DNA of 64,000 nucleotides from contig NC_068983.1 in assembly GCF_001194135.2 (NCBI RefSeq), positions 53,475,009 through 53,539,008 on the forward strand, read 5' to 3'. This DNA is from Octopus bimaculoides (lineage: Eukaryota). This document shows positions 1 to 12,369 of this stretch, in pieces; within the stretch, counting starts at the first letter, position 1; the number at the start of each line of letters is the position of its first letter. The notes under the pieces are model-generated. The model was not told where the DNA came from, searched no databases, and saw only the letters and a program-made list of their open reading frames with translations. The translations under genes were made by a program, and so were the position numbers.

Positions 1-1015
1 GAATGAATTGACCCTAGGACTTATTTTTTAAAGCCTGGTACTTTTTCTATCAGTATCTTTTGCTGAACCACTGAGTTACAGGGAGATAAACACATCAATA
101 ATAGTTGTCAAGCAGTAGTGAGGTATAAACACGGACACACATATGAGGGACTTCTTTTAGTTTCCATCTGCCAAATCCACTCAAGGCTTTGGTCGACACA
201 AAGCTATAGTAGAAGACACTTACCCAAGGTGCCACAGTGGGACTGAACTTGGACAATGTGGTTGGGAATAAAATTTACCACACAACCACACCTGCACCTA
301 TGATTAGACAGATTTCACAGCCTTAATTTATAGTCGATATCTTATAGTTTTCTAATAGTTAACCATATTATTATTGTATCTATATTCTCAAATCATTACT
401 CTATTCCTATAACCTCTAGCACTCCATATACTTCAGCTTTCTTTTATTTTCCTATACTGTGTCTTATTTACCTGGCCAGTTATAATCTGAATGATTTTAA
501 CCCACATTAAGACAATATTCAGCTAAAACAGTATAACATACAGAAAGTATAATCTTATGGGTATCTGAATAATTACATGTCAGTTATGTTCATACTGTTA
601 CATCTGTAGCTATATTCACAAACTAAAATCTCAATGTCGATAATTATATGTTTTGCTGATTATCATTATGTGCAACTGACTACTTTTGTGGTAATGTTAG
701 TAATTATAATAATGTTGATTATTAATATACTGAATTTTTTTTTTAACAACTATAATATTTCTCCAGTGGACACAAAATAACACATTTGTAAGAAAGTATA
801 GTCAATTAGTATTTTACAACATATTTTAACAACTCTAAGCATGTTGAAGACAAGTCAAACTTTGAGGAGATTTAAAGCTAGAACATAGAAATATAAAACA
901 ATCTACTGAAATTATATACTTTGGTGTTCTAGTGTTTCTCTCACCACTCTACTCACACACACGTGCACACACACACACACACATACATACACATATGTGT
1001 GTGTGTAATGTACAT

Positions 1016-1435
1016 AGGCACAGACAAAGCTATGTGGTAAGAATCTTCCTTCCCAAGCACATGGTTGTGGATTCAGTTCCACTGTGTGACATCTTGAGTA
1101 AGTGTCTTTAACTGTAGCCTCAGGCCAACCAAAGCCTTATGAGTGGATTTCGTAGATGGAAACTGAGAGAAGCCCATCGTATATATATGTGCATGTGTGT
1201 TTTTGTGTGTGCTTGTCCTACTAACATCACGTGTTGACAACATGTGTTGGTTCGTTTATGTCACCATAACTTAGCAGTTTGACAAAAGAAGTTGATAGAA
1301 TAAAATACCAGGCTGAAAAAATAAAAATGAGTACTTGGGTTGAATCATTTAACTAAAAAATCCTTCAAGGTGATGTTCCAGCTTGGCCACAGTTCAATGA
1401 CTGAAACAAGTAAAAGATAGCAGAAAGATAAAAGG
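1016..1435 (+). mobile_element. tRNA-derived SINE, family A (octopus OR/CORE-SINE-like)
   Basis: tRNA-like head (TGTGGTAAG box A, GTTCAGTTCC box B-like), CCTTG(G/A)G(C/T)AAGT core-like motif, internal (TA)/(TG) tract, tail GACTGAAACAAGTAAAAGA. The OR family name is from memory, not a search. Confidence 0.8.
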
Positions 1436-1683
1436 TATATTAAGTAGTAGGGATCTAAATGACCCTGGTATATTTAGCTAACAAGGTATACAAGAAGTAC
1501 ACTTAAATGATTACAGTCAATGATAACCATTGTCTAGTGATATTAAGCATCCTGTAAATCAATGTATATAACAACAAAATTGCATGTATTACATGGTGTT
1601 TAATATAGCAAAGGAAGAAAATGGACTGCTGATATTTTTGTTGCACATGTTTCCATAACGTGGTCATTTATTCATAAATGGAT

Positions 1684-2098
1684 ACTCTCTCTTTTACTCT
1701 TTTACTTGTTTCAGTCATTTGACTGCGGCCATGCTGGAGCACCACCTTTAGTCGAGCAAATCGACCCCAGGACTTATTCTTTGGAAGCCTAGTACTTATT
1801 CTATCGGTCTCTTTTGCCGAACCACTAGGTTACGGGGACGTAAACACACCAGCATCAGTTGTCAAGCAATGTTGGGGGGACAAACACAGACACACAAACA
1901 TATACACACACACACATATGTATATACATATATACGACAGGCTTCTTTCAGTTTCCGTCTACCAAATCCACTCACAAGGCTTTGGTCAGCCCGAAGCTAT
2001 AGTAGAAGACACTTGTCCAAGGTGCCACGCAGTGGGAATGAACCCAGAACCATATGGTTGGTAAGCAAGCTACTTACCACTCAACCACTCCTGAGCCT
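1684..2098 (-). mobile_element. Family A SINE, near consensus
   Basis: Reverse complement of the family A head, body and tail. Confidence 0.85.
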
Positions 2099-2670
2099 AC
2101 CTACATAACTTTACTACATAACTTTAAAGTTTTTCATAACCACACCATTTCATCAGGCAATATTGAGTTTTACTACCCAAGGCTAAACATTTTTGAGGAA
2201 GGGGTATAGTTAATTAAATCAATCCTGCCATACAACTGGTTGTATTTTATTACTCATAAAAGGTGAAGATGCAAAACAGATTTCTGCAGGATATCATCAA
2301 GGGTCATAAAAGAACAGTAACTGAGTGTTGTAAATTATTTAGTCTAGTATCATTTCTGCTACTTCAAAACCCTTTTAATTAAGCAGTTTTTCAGCTAACC
2401 TGTTCATTACCACGTATTTCTCGAAATACATTGCCTTTGCTTCAATTAATTCTGTAAATGATGAAAACTTTAATAAAATTACTTTGTCACTGTGAAACTG
2501 ATGGTCAGAGACTTCCATGTAAGTTTAAAATTTACATTGTTTTAGAGGAAGTTAAGTGGTCTTGCGAAGGATACAAAGCAAATTTTTCATAGACCTGAAC
2601 TTAAATAAACTAGATGGCTCTTGAACCTTAGTGCCAGAATAATAAAACAATGTTATTTATTATTTATCAT

Positions 2671-3035
2671 AAGGTGCAGGCATGGCCTTGTGGTAAGAAG
2701 CTTGCTTCCCAACCACATGGTTCCTGGTTTAGTTCCACTGCATGGCACCTTGGGTAAGTGTCTTCTACTATAGCCTCGGGCCAACCAAAGTTTTGTGAGT
2801 GGTTTTGGTTGATGGAAACTGGAAGAAGCCTATCATATATATATATATTTGTTTGTCCCACCACCATCACTTAACAACTGATGCTGGTGTGAACTAAGTG
2901 GTTCAGCAAAAGAGACTGATAGAATAAGTACTAGGCTTACAAAGATTAAATCCTGGGGTCAACTTGTTCGACTAAAGGTGGTGCTCCAGCATGGTCACAG
3001 TCGAATAACTGAAACAAATACAAGAATAAAAGAAT
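2671..3035 (+). mobile_element. Family A SINE
   Basis: Colinear with 60055-60410 and 31022-31395. Confidence 0.85.
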
Positions 3036-3835
3036 AGTTTTATATCTGATGTCATACGTCTTTCTCTTTTGATGAGATGTAGTTGAAATGGAGTGACTAG
3101 TACCATAAATATACTTACTATCTTTCAATGCTCTTTCTAAGGCCAAGGTTCTTTAAACCTTCATTCCATTTTACCTGAACTCACTAACAATTGAACTCTT
3201 TGCAATAATACAATACGCTCTGGAGATTGTTTTCATAGCCATTTATTTATTCATATATTTGTTTTACTTCAATTTATGATTATAAAAAAAAAACCATCAA
3301 AACAAACACAATTGGCTTGCAGTTTTGAAGTTGTAAATGTCAGCAATATGGTGGCTGACAGATTTCCTTTAATATGGCAGAACAAAAAAAGTTAAAAATG
3401 TAAATTGTAACATTATAGGTTATTTAAATTTCAGATAACTATTGTAAACATATAATAATTATTGTAATATCATCAAATTGTTTCTTATGTCATGTGCTAT
3501 GCCTTATTTATTGATTTCAATAGTTTTTTTCATTAAATTGCCTCTGAGAAATTTGATCATTCTCATCTAATAGCTTGCAAGTAAGAAATACATTATATCA
3601 AAATTACAAAGAGATTTCGTGGAATATTCCTTTCATTTTATAATTTCTTTTTTATATTTTTTATTTATATATTTCTTTTGCTTCATACATTTTTAAGTTT
3701 CCTTCAGCATTTTGTAATTTTTGCTGAAAGTTTTTTTTCAAGCCATTTTCTGACAGCCGGAATCTGCTTAGACAGCAGCAAACCTTAACTGCAGTTACTC
3801 ATAAATATAGACAGATGTACTAAGGAATTGCTAGC

Positions 3836-4070
3836 TTGTTTCGGTCATTGAACTGTGGCCATGCTGCATGGCGATAGTGTAACTGAAACAAGTAAAATAT
3901 AAAAGAATTTCTAGTTGTGCAAATGAACTCCAGTACTTACTTTTTTAGACGCTTGGTATTTATTCTATCAGTTTATTTTGCCAAATCACTAAGTTACAAG
4001 GACATAAACACATCAGCACTCGTTGTCAAGCAATGGTAGGTAACAAACACAGACACAATGACACACACAC

Positions 4071-4110
<40 letters not shown>

Positions 4111-4528
4111 CAATTAGAAAATGGAGGATAATATGTTGAACCCAACTACTTGCAAACGGTGTATCCCATTGAATTCATTAATTTAATTCATAACAAAAGT
4201 GACAAAAAAAGAAAGAAAAAGAAAGAAAGAACCAAAGCACAGGTGTCTATGGCAGACTATGTTATTTTGCCAACCTGGTTTACATATAGAAGTACAAAGT
4301 ACATAAGGAATTAGATGATGAACAGAAGTTTAATCTTACAGCTGTTTCGGCCTAGTTTTAGCAAGCCCCATTCTATCCGAATATTCCTTTCCGGAGTGAT
4401 TATCGGATGACATTTTGAAATGGGGTTACATGCCCGAACCGCTAGGCGACAATTGGATACCCTCCCAACAGTATACTGGATAGATACTATCCCTTAGTGG
4501 GTTGAACCCCCAACCCCTAACTCTCACG

Positions 4529-4568
<40 letters not shown>

Positions 4569-4700
4569 CAAGCTTCTTTTCAATTTTTGCTTACCAAATC
4601 CACTCACAAGGCTATGGTTGAAGACATTTGCTCAAGAGGCTATGCAGTGCAATTGAACCTGGAACCATGTAGTTGGGAAGTAAATTTCTTAACACATGCC
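3836..4700 (-). mobile_element. Family A SINE split by an about 420-bp insertion in its (TA)n tract
   Basis: Tail half at 3836-4070, head half at 4566-4700, unrelated sequence between the two (TA)n runs. Confidence 0.75.
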
Positions 4701-6732
4701 CATTTTGTATTTGTATCAGTTATTGGATTTAGACAAATGTCAATGTAATTTTTGTCTTGCCAATAAATAACAGGAACACCAGATAAAGATCTTCACTCAA
4801 CTATCTTCAATGATATCACTTGATTTAAATATTCATGCTTTCACTTCATTGTACTGCAAATAAAATAAGTTTGAATAGGATGACTGACATCAGGATATAC
4901 ATATATTCATATAAATTTATTAAAAGAATTCTATATATATTAAAGAACACTTCCAATTATCTCAGTATTATATCATTAAATATTTCAAATTTTTTATCCA
5001 AGAATATTAAATATATTCAAATTATACAAGCATATTTCTTCTATTAATAGATGCATATAGCTTGTATATTATCATAATATCTAACAGTGGTTTCAATATT
5101 AATTTTGTAAAATTCTACAAATGTTTAACTTTTGTTGTAGTTATCCTTTATTATTCTAAATAGGTAATAGAACTCTTCCAATTCCAGATTCTGATTTTAT
5201 ATACCTTTTGGTTTATTTATTTCACATCACCAAACATACAGAATATTTCTTGTCTGTTGTCACAGCCATTGTGCACAGTTAAATTACTTACCAAACTTCC
5301 AGTTCTCTACTTCTTAATTGCATCATAAGAGAATATTTTCTGATAATAAAGTTTTCAAATACCACTGGTGTATTCTATACTGAACTGACTAACTCTGAAG
5401 AATAAGTCCACCTTTATATATTTAAGGTTTCTGATTATATTAGAAACGGCATTAAATCTTTTGTTTGCATTGTAAGCATAACCTTTTTTTTTATATATAT
5501 TCTTCTTCTCACAGTAGTCATTTACAATTCTTGATTTTGTTGTTTTATGGTGTACCATAGTTTATAGGGATTAGTCTTCTAAGTGTGTTTCAAGTTGAAA
5601 TTATGAGGAGCACTCTGGAGTCTTTCGGTGGTACTTCTAGATTTGTATAGTTTATCAATTGAAGATATTAGCTTTGCTCAAATAAATCATTATAAAACCA
5701 AAGAAACTTTATTACTTCTGTCCAAAATTGACAGCAAGTAATAATAACTTTTGCTAAGCAACTCAGAAATTTGTAGGAAAAAATCTAAGAAACACAAAGA
5801 TATTTTGATACTCAAAGATATATTGGGATTTTATGAATCCATAATTTATATCCAGAGTTATATGACTGCGCAACTTCTGTAATCATAAAAATATTTAGTT
5901 AGCTTAATATTTCATTCTTTTTTTCCGACATCCACAAATCAATGAATTTGGAGAAGCGAACAGTCAATAACAGGAAGGCATCTTTTTATAACACATTTCT
6001 TCTTTCTCTGGAACATTGACCTGGAACTTTGACCTAGAATCTTTTTTATTCAGATGGAATAGAATATTTCAACAGACAATCTGTAATTCAGTAATATTCA
6101 GAGAGACATATTCACACAAGCTTAACATCGTATAACTTTGTTGCAGATAAAAATAAACAATAACATTTGCAGCAAATACATTGGTATTCATTTCACAAAA
6201 TGAAATAGGAAAAAAAAAAATCAATTTATTCACAATATAAAAACTGCTAACCTCCAAGAAGAACTGTAAGCTAAACTACTTTTCAAAATGCTGATTTTTC
6301 AAAATTAGATATTATTCAGCAGCAAACATTTCATTGTAGTTGAAAGTCAGAGCCACTAACTTAAAATGTTAAACAAGTTCAAAGTTCATCCATCTTTTCA
6401 TCTGGATATTTGCATGATATCCACAATTTGTGTGTGTGTGTGCATTGCTGTTATTTTATAGCTCCAGGTCATCTGTAATTGAACAGTCTTGTAGCAAACA
6501 GACTGAACAACTGGGCACAACCGGACAATTTGTTGTTTGAGTCATACCAAGCCTTCACCTAAAAGAGAACATAATGCACACTGCAGCTTGCAATTATGAC
6601 TCATGGGACACAGTGTGATAATCTGGACATGTGAACCCTTTACTACCAAATTTGTTACTGTTTATTCATTTTGTTTAGCCCTTAGTTCAGCTCTGGTTGA
6701 ACAAAATTACAGTCAAAAACATTCCAACTATG

Positions 6733-7210
6733 ATCATCATTATCATTTAACGTCTGCTTTCCATGCTAGCATGGGTTGGACGATTTGATTGGGGACTGGC
6801 GAACCAGATGGCTGCACCAGGCTCCAATCTGATCTGGCAGAGTTTCTACAGCTGGATACCCTTCCTAATGTCAACAACTCTGAGAGTGTAGTGGGTGCTT
6901 TTACGTGCCACCTGCACAGGAGTCAATCCAATGTTTTGTTCACATGCCACCAGCACAAGTGCCAGTAAGGCGAAGCTGGAAACGATCGAGCTCAAAACGG
7001 TGCTTTTTATGTGCCACCGGCATAGAAGCGAGATCGCTGCTCTGGCAGTGATCCCACTCGGATGGTGCTGTTAGCGCTCCAGTGGCAAGGGTGCCAGTCA
7101 TCGAATTTGGTTCAGTTTCGATCTCACTTACCCCAACAGGTCTTCACAAGCTGAGTTTAGTGTCCAATGAAGGAAGGTTGGCATGGGTGCCAGTCATTGA
7201 ATTTTGTTCA
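6733..7210 (-). mobile_element. RTE-3'UTR-type repeat (family B) with about 65-bp internal subunits
   Basis: Shares TTAGGAAGGGCATCCAGCTGTAGAAACTCTGCC...CCAACCCATGCTAGCATGGAAAG and a (GAT)n tail with many copies in the window. Confidence 0.85.
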
Positions 7211-7542
7211 ATTTCGGTCCTATATTTTTACACACCAAGGTCTACATTGTGCTTTGTGTCCCTCCATTACTGATGGCTACAGTGGTAGTGGGGATGGTGG
7301 TGACAGTAGTGGTGGCAGAGTATGACAGTTACTCTTTTCCTGCTCTTACTATTATTTGTGTATGTTTTACCGTAAAGTAGAAACTAATGTATTTTGTAAT
7401 GAGGCATTGCACCACCAGAGCAACAAATTGTTGTGAATTCATTACCTGAATGCTGAGAATATATGTGTGTGTGTATGTGTACTATAATTTTGGAAACAGT
7501 GTACTATCCAGATGAAGAAGATTGGTGTTGTAAGTATATATA

Positions 7543-7770
7543 TTGGGTTGTCCGGAAAGTTCGTGCCGATTTATAGTAGCTTACCTTTCGACTTATTTGC
7601 CATGAACTCACCTCAATTCTGGGAGGAGAGTGTTTTCAAGTTAAAGGAGAGATGGAGACACATTGTGCAACAAAATGGTTCATATTTGGTTGATTAAAAA
7701 TGCAATGGCAAGTATTTATTGACCTTTTTCTCTCCTTTAAAAATCGGCACAAACTTCCCGGACAACCCAA
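7543..7770 (+). mobile_element. 228-bp internally deleted mariner (MITE-like)
   Basis: About 30-bp inverted repeats TTGGGTTGTCCGGAAAGTTCGTGCCGATTT / AAATCGGCACAAACTTCCCGGACAACCCAA, flanked by TA; interior encodes FWEESVFKLKERWRHIVQQNGSYLVD*, the typical mariner transposase C-terminus. Confidence 0.9.
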
Positions 7771-9700
7771 TATATATATATAATAATAATAACCCTTACA
7801 TATGATCAAAAATATTCCCACCATGACTATTCCATCTTTTATTTGCACATTGTATAAGACTACATTAACCAATGTCTCTCTCTCTCTCTCTCTTTTCTGT
7901 GAATAATCAAGTAATCTGGCTGCTATTTCTAACAGTTTGAGCCACTGCATAGAGGCTTCTTTTGAAAGTTTCTTCAGAAGGATGTTATTATTATCATTTT
8001 TTTTTTTATTTAATGCTACATATCTTCATGCTACACATTATCCTGCTCTAATCTTGTCTCTTGTAAACACAGTTATCTGGAATTGAGATCAGAAAACAAC
8101 ATGTGTGTGTGTGTGTGTGTGTGCAAGCATGTGGTTGTGTGTGTGTGTGTGTTTGTGCGAGCGTGTGTGCATGTATGTGTTTGTAATCATTGTAATGGAA
8201 ACATTACATATAAATGAAATTATTTCCAACTCATCCATTTTCAGAATGAAGTGAGCTCAAATTAATTGATAGGCAGCTAAATAGTAGACTTCTAAAGTGC
8301 ATCAATGTTACAAACAAGCTCTATTCTATCATAATTAAATTTTCTGGACTGCTAACTTTATCTAGCAAAGTGGTTAAGAACTTTGAAACTCTGCATTTAA
8401 AAACAAAGGTTCTTCATTTAAACCCTGTTTGTGGAAATGTTTATGCGGGAGCAGGGTATCTAAAGATGATCAACTATTGGACAAACTGAAATATTGTGTG
8501 ATGCATAAAAAGAAGAAAATGAAATTAATAGTCTGGAAAATTTAAATTATTATCATAATAACTCATCTCAAAAATTGTTGTTTGTCTCTGTTCTGTTGTG
8601 CAGTCAACTATTATCAAATATTATGTTAGGAGGGACTTCTTTCAAAGTTGGATGATATGATGTATGGTAATCTTGGTTTTTGATAAACCATTTGATAAAT
8701 TAATAAATTTGTGGTAGGGAGTATCATCTCTTTCATCTGTTATTATAATTATACTTGATAAAAATATTAAGGAAATAGAAATATTGGTTTCAAGTTTTGG
8801 CACAAGTCCAGCAATTGTGGAGAGAGGGTAGGTCAATTACAATGACCCAAGGACATAACGGTTCATATTTCATCAATTCTGAATAGATGAATGACAAAGT
8901 TTACCTCAGTGGCAAAATAATAATAATAATAATAATGATGATAATAATAATGATGATAATAATAATGATGATGATGATGATGTACCATACAGTGGCTCTC
9001 ATGCCTTCTGGTCTTAACTGATTGGAAGTGTTAACATGTACATTATTTTATCTTAGTGTAAATGATGGGCTACAGCAAATATTCTGCTCAATACCACAGA
9101 TTTGCTTGTCAGTTGTTTGGCCTTAACCAGTTGAGAGTGTCCCTTAGTGGCTGATGATATGTGCATCTCTAATCACAAGCAGTGGGGGAGCATCATAGCC
9201 ATGTGTTGAGAGGAATTCTTTGGTGTTTGAATAATTCACTTTTGGAAACATGGGTGTTTTATTCAACATCTTTAAACAACCCTTATTCCAGGACCTTTTG
9301 AGCAGAATTGGTTGATAGCATTGACTCCCAGTACTTGACTGGTACTTTATTTGATCAACCCTTGCAGGAGGATGATAGAAGTGTTAAATAATACACAAAA
9401 CAGCAACAATACATACAGAGTTGGCCAAAAGCTACACACCGAAACATACAACATTTTATCATTATTATTATTGTTATTATTCATTTTGTTCATCGCATAT
9501 AAGTATGTGTATATTCATCATTATTTTATTTGTTTTATCCAATTTTAGAAAAACTGAAGCATGTCTTTGACAATTCCAGAGTGTATTGAATTTATTTTGT
9601 GTGTGAATTTTGGCCGACCCTGTATTTCTTTAAATCAACAGTAGCACTATTGCACCTTAGTTACCAGTTCTGAGACTATATCATATCATATTACTGTGTA

Positions 9701-10430
9701 ATCATCATCATCATCATCATCAACATTTATACATCAACTTCTTATGCTTGCATAGGTTGGGCAGGTCCTCTCCAGCACAGTGTCTCATTCCTCATTGCTT
9801 TTGTTTGTCATCTTCTTTGTGAGATTCAGCATCCCAAGATTGGTTCTACCACTTCTAACCATCCCTTCCTTGGTCTTCCTCTACAGCTTCCTTCCACTTG
9901 TATTTCTTTGACATTCCTTTACCAAAATGTCATGCTCTGTATACAGTTAGTACAGACATTCAATGTCTATGCCAATACAATCTTCTTATTTCTTTACTGC
10001 CCACAAGGGGTTAAACATAGAGGGGACAGACAAGGGGATTAAGTCGATTACATCGACCCCAGTGTGCCAATACAATCTTCTTTCATGCACATTGAATCTG
10101 TTTCTTCGCATATTGATTTTTTCTCTTCTCTCAGTGCATCTGTGCCTCATCACTCATACACACTAACATTACACATCCAATAAACAAAACTCACTTCATT
10201 TGTTCCCAAGCTTCACACGCTTTCTGTATTCAATACACATGTTTCAACACCATTTGTGCTCCATTGTTCATAAACACAAGGAGTTTACATCCAATGCAGT
10301 TTTCATTGCTTTCTTCTCTTCACAAATCCTCTGCATTCAAAAGCCCCACTTCACTACCATGCAGCACTGCACTTCATGCAAAAGCCTCACACAATCTATT
10401 AAAGTGAGTGAAACTAAAAGAAAGAATATC
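9701..10430 (-). mobile_element. RTE-clade LINE 3' fragment, degenerate
   Basis: Minus strand gives RLCEAFA*SAVLHGSE... and RGRPRKGWLEVV...AVLERT, matching the post-RT C-terminus of RTE ORF2, then a CCAACC.ATGC.AGCAT tail and (GAT)n. Confidence 0.75.
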
Positions 10431-11279
10431 ATCTTATGCCCAGCAAATGTTACAACACCTTGAATGGCTTTGATTCTTACTCATATTTTGGTCCCTCTGC
10501 TTTCAGAGTGTCCTTCTCCACTGCTGACTAAATCACATTCATAACAGAAGCTGTCAACCATTTCTAGAGAGTGTTCCAATTTCTGGATAGAATTGTAGGA
10601 TGAGGGAAGCATCATCCAGTGCAACCACAATTCCTTACATTAACTTTAAGGAAAACAGCAGTAACAAGGTTTTCTGAACAACAGCATAACAATATTTATT
10701 TTTCACAATAGTCCAGCTCACATCTTGGGAGGATAAGTAGCCAGGTCGCCTGGTGTGGAGTGGAAACGACATCAGTTAAGTCATGCGGGTGAAGTCATCC
10801 TTCACAGGTAAGCCGAATGTCGGCTTCATTATAGGGCTGACGGAGCGATTGCCAATGCGTCCAGGAGCAGCGAATGTCAGCGTCCCTCAGCTTCGAGTGG
10901 GGGTAAAGCCTCAAAGTGGTGATGACTACGCATGCCCATGAGGGACTTCTGGCAGGCCTTCCAGAAGACCAGTCCCTGCGCAATCAGGCGTCACTACAGA
11001 ATCTATTTGTCTGGTGCTCTAACAACAATTCTTCTACAATCTCCCACATACAAAGTCTTTGTTCTCTGGTAACCTACACATGATTCCAACCACTGTTGTG
11101 CAACCACTTTTCAGACTGATTATACTGTATGGAATTCCTCCTCACTCCTTCCCTGGTTATCAAACAGGGCCATTTCCCTGGTGGCAGCAAGAGAATGTCT
11201 TCTTTCCTACCTCCTAAAACTTCAGCCTGGGCTAAATTTTGCTGAGGCCTCAATATTTTTCGCATAAAAGGATTTGCTT

Positions 11280-11670
11280 TACTCTTTACTTTTTACTCAT
11301 TTCAGTCATTAGACTGTGGCCATGCTGGAGCACCATTTTGAAGGGTTTAGTTGAACAAATTGACCCCAGTAATAATTTTTTTTAAAGTTTGGTATTTATT
11401 CTATTGGATTTTTTTGCTGCACAGCTAATTCATTAGGAAATAAACAAACCAACAGTGCAGGTGAAATGATGGGAAGACAAACACAAGCACAAAGACACAC
11501 ACATGTATATGCTTCCTCACAGTTTTCATCTACAAAATTCACTCACATGGCATTGATTGGCCCAGGATTGTAGCAGAAGACACTTGTCCAAGGTGTCGCA
11601 TACTGGGCTTGAACCTGAAACCATACAGTTGCAAAGCGAGCTTCTTAACTACACTGCCATATCTGCACCT
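11280..11670 (-). mobile_element. Family A SINE
   Basis: Colinear with 1684-2098. Confidence 0.8.
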
Positions 11671-12338
11671 ACAGAATTACAAATTAAATGGTACACATAC
11701 CAGAAACACAGACATGTGTTCTTCAGACTGTTTTTCCTATCTTGCATGTATTGTTGACACAGTGTTTCCATTGGTGTTTTCATATTCAGGTGACATTGCT
11801 GAGAGCAAGGCAATGGAATGAAATGTCCATTAACAAAAATATCCAAGATGAAATAAATAATCAGAAAAAATAAACATTCATATAAACTCATCTCAGATAT
11901 AAAGAAAACAAAAAACCACAAACAGAATGACAAGTTTGTCAGTTTCCTTACAGTTCTAATAGCTTATAGCTTCATACAAAGAGATGCTTTGCTTATAAGT
12001 GGGTAAGATAATTTGCATATGTAGGCTAGTTTAGCAACTGTTAAATATTTCCTTCACTACAAACTCAACAAAACAAAAATATTCAGCGTAATGACTTTTT
12101 GATAGGTTTTTTTTTTTTTCTTCAACTGGTTTCACTCATTGAACAACAGCCATTTCTGGAGTACAGCGTTAAAGATTTTAGCCAACCATAGTGATTTATG
12201 TAATTAGTTCAGTTTGATACTTATTTTACTAATCTCTATTTATTGAACTGCTAGCTCACAGAACATAACACGAAGCAATATAAATATAACATCAGTTTTT
12301 AACCAGACTCTACATAAAGACAGACATGGATGGACATG

Positions 12339-12369
<31 letters not shown>

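Noticed and set aside
1016-1100. tRNA-like sequences at SINE heads
   Set aside because: No complete cloverleaf; each continues into a SINE body.
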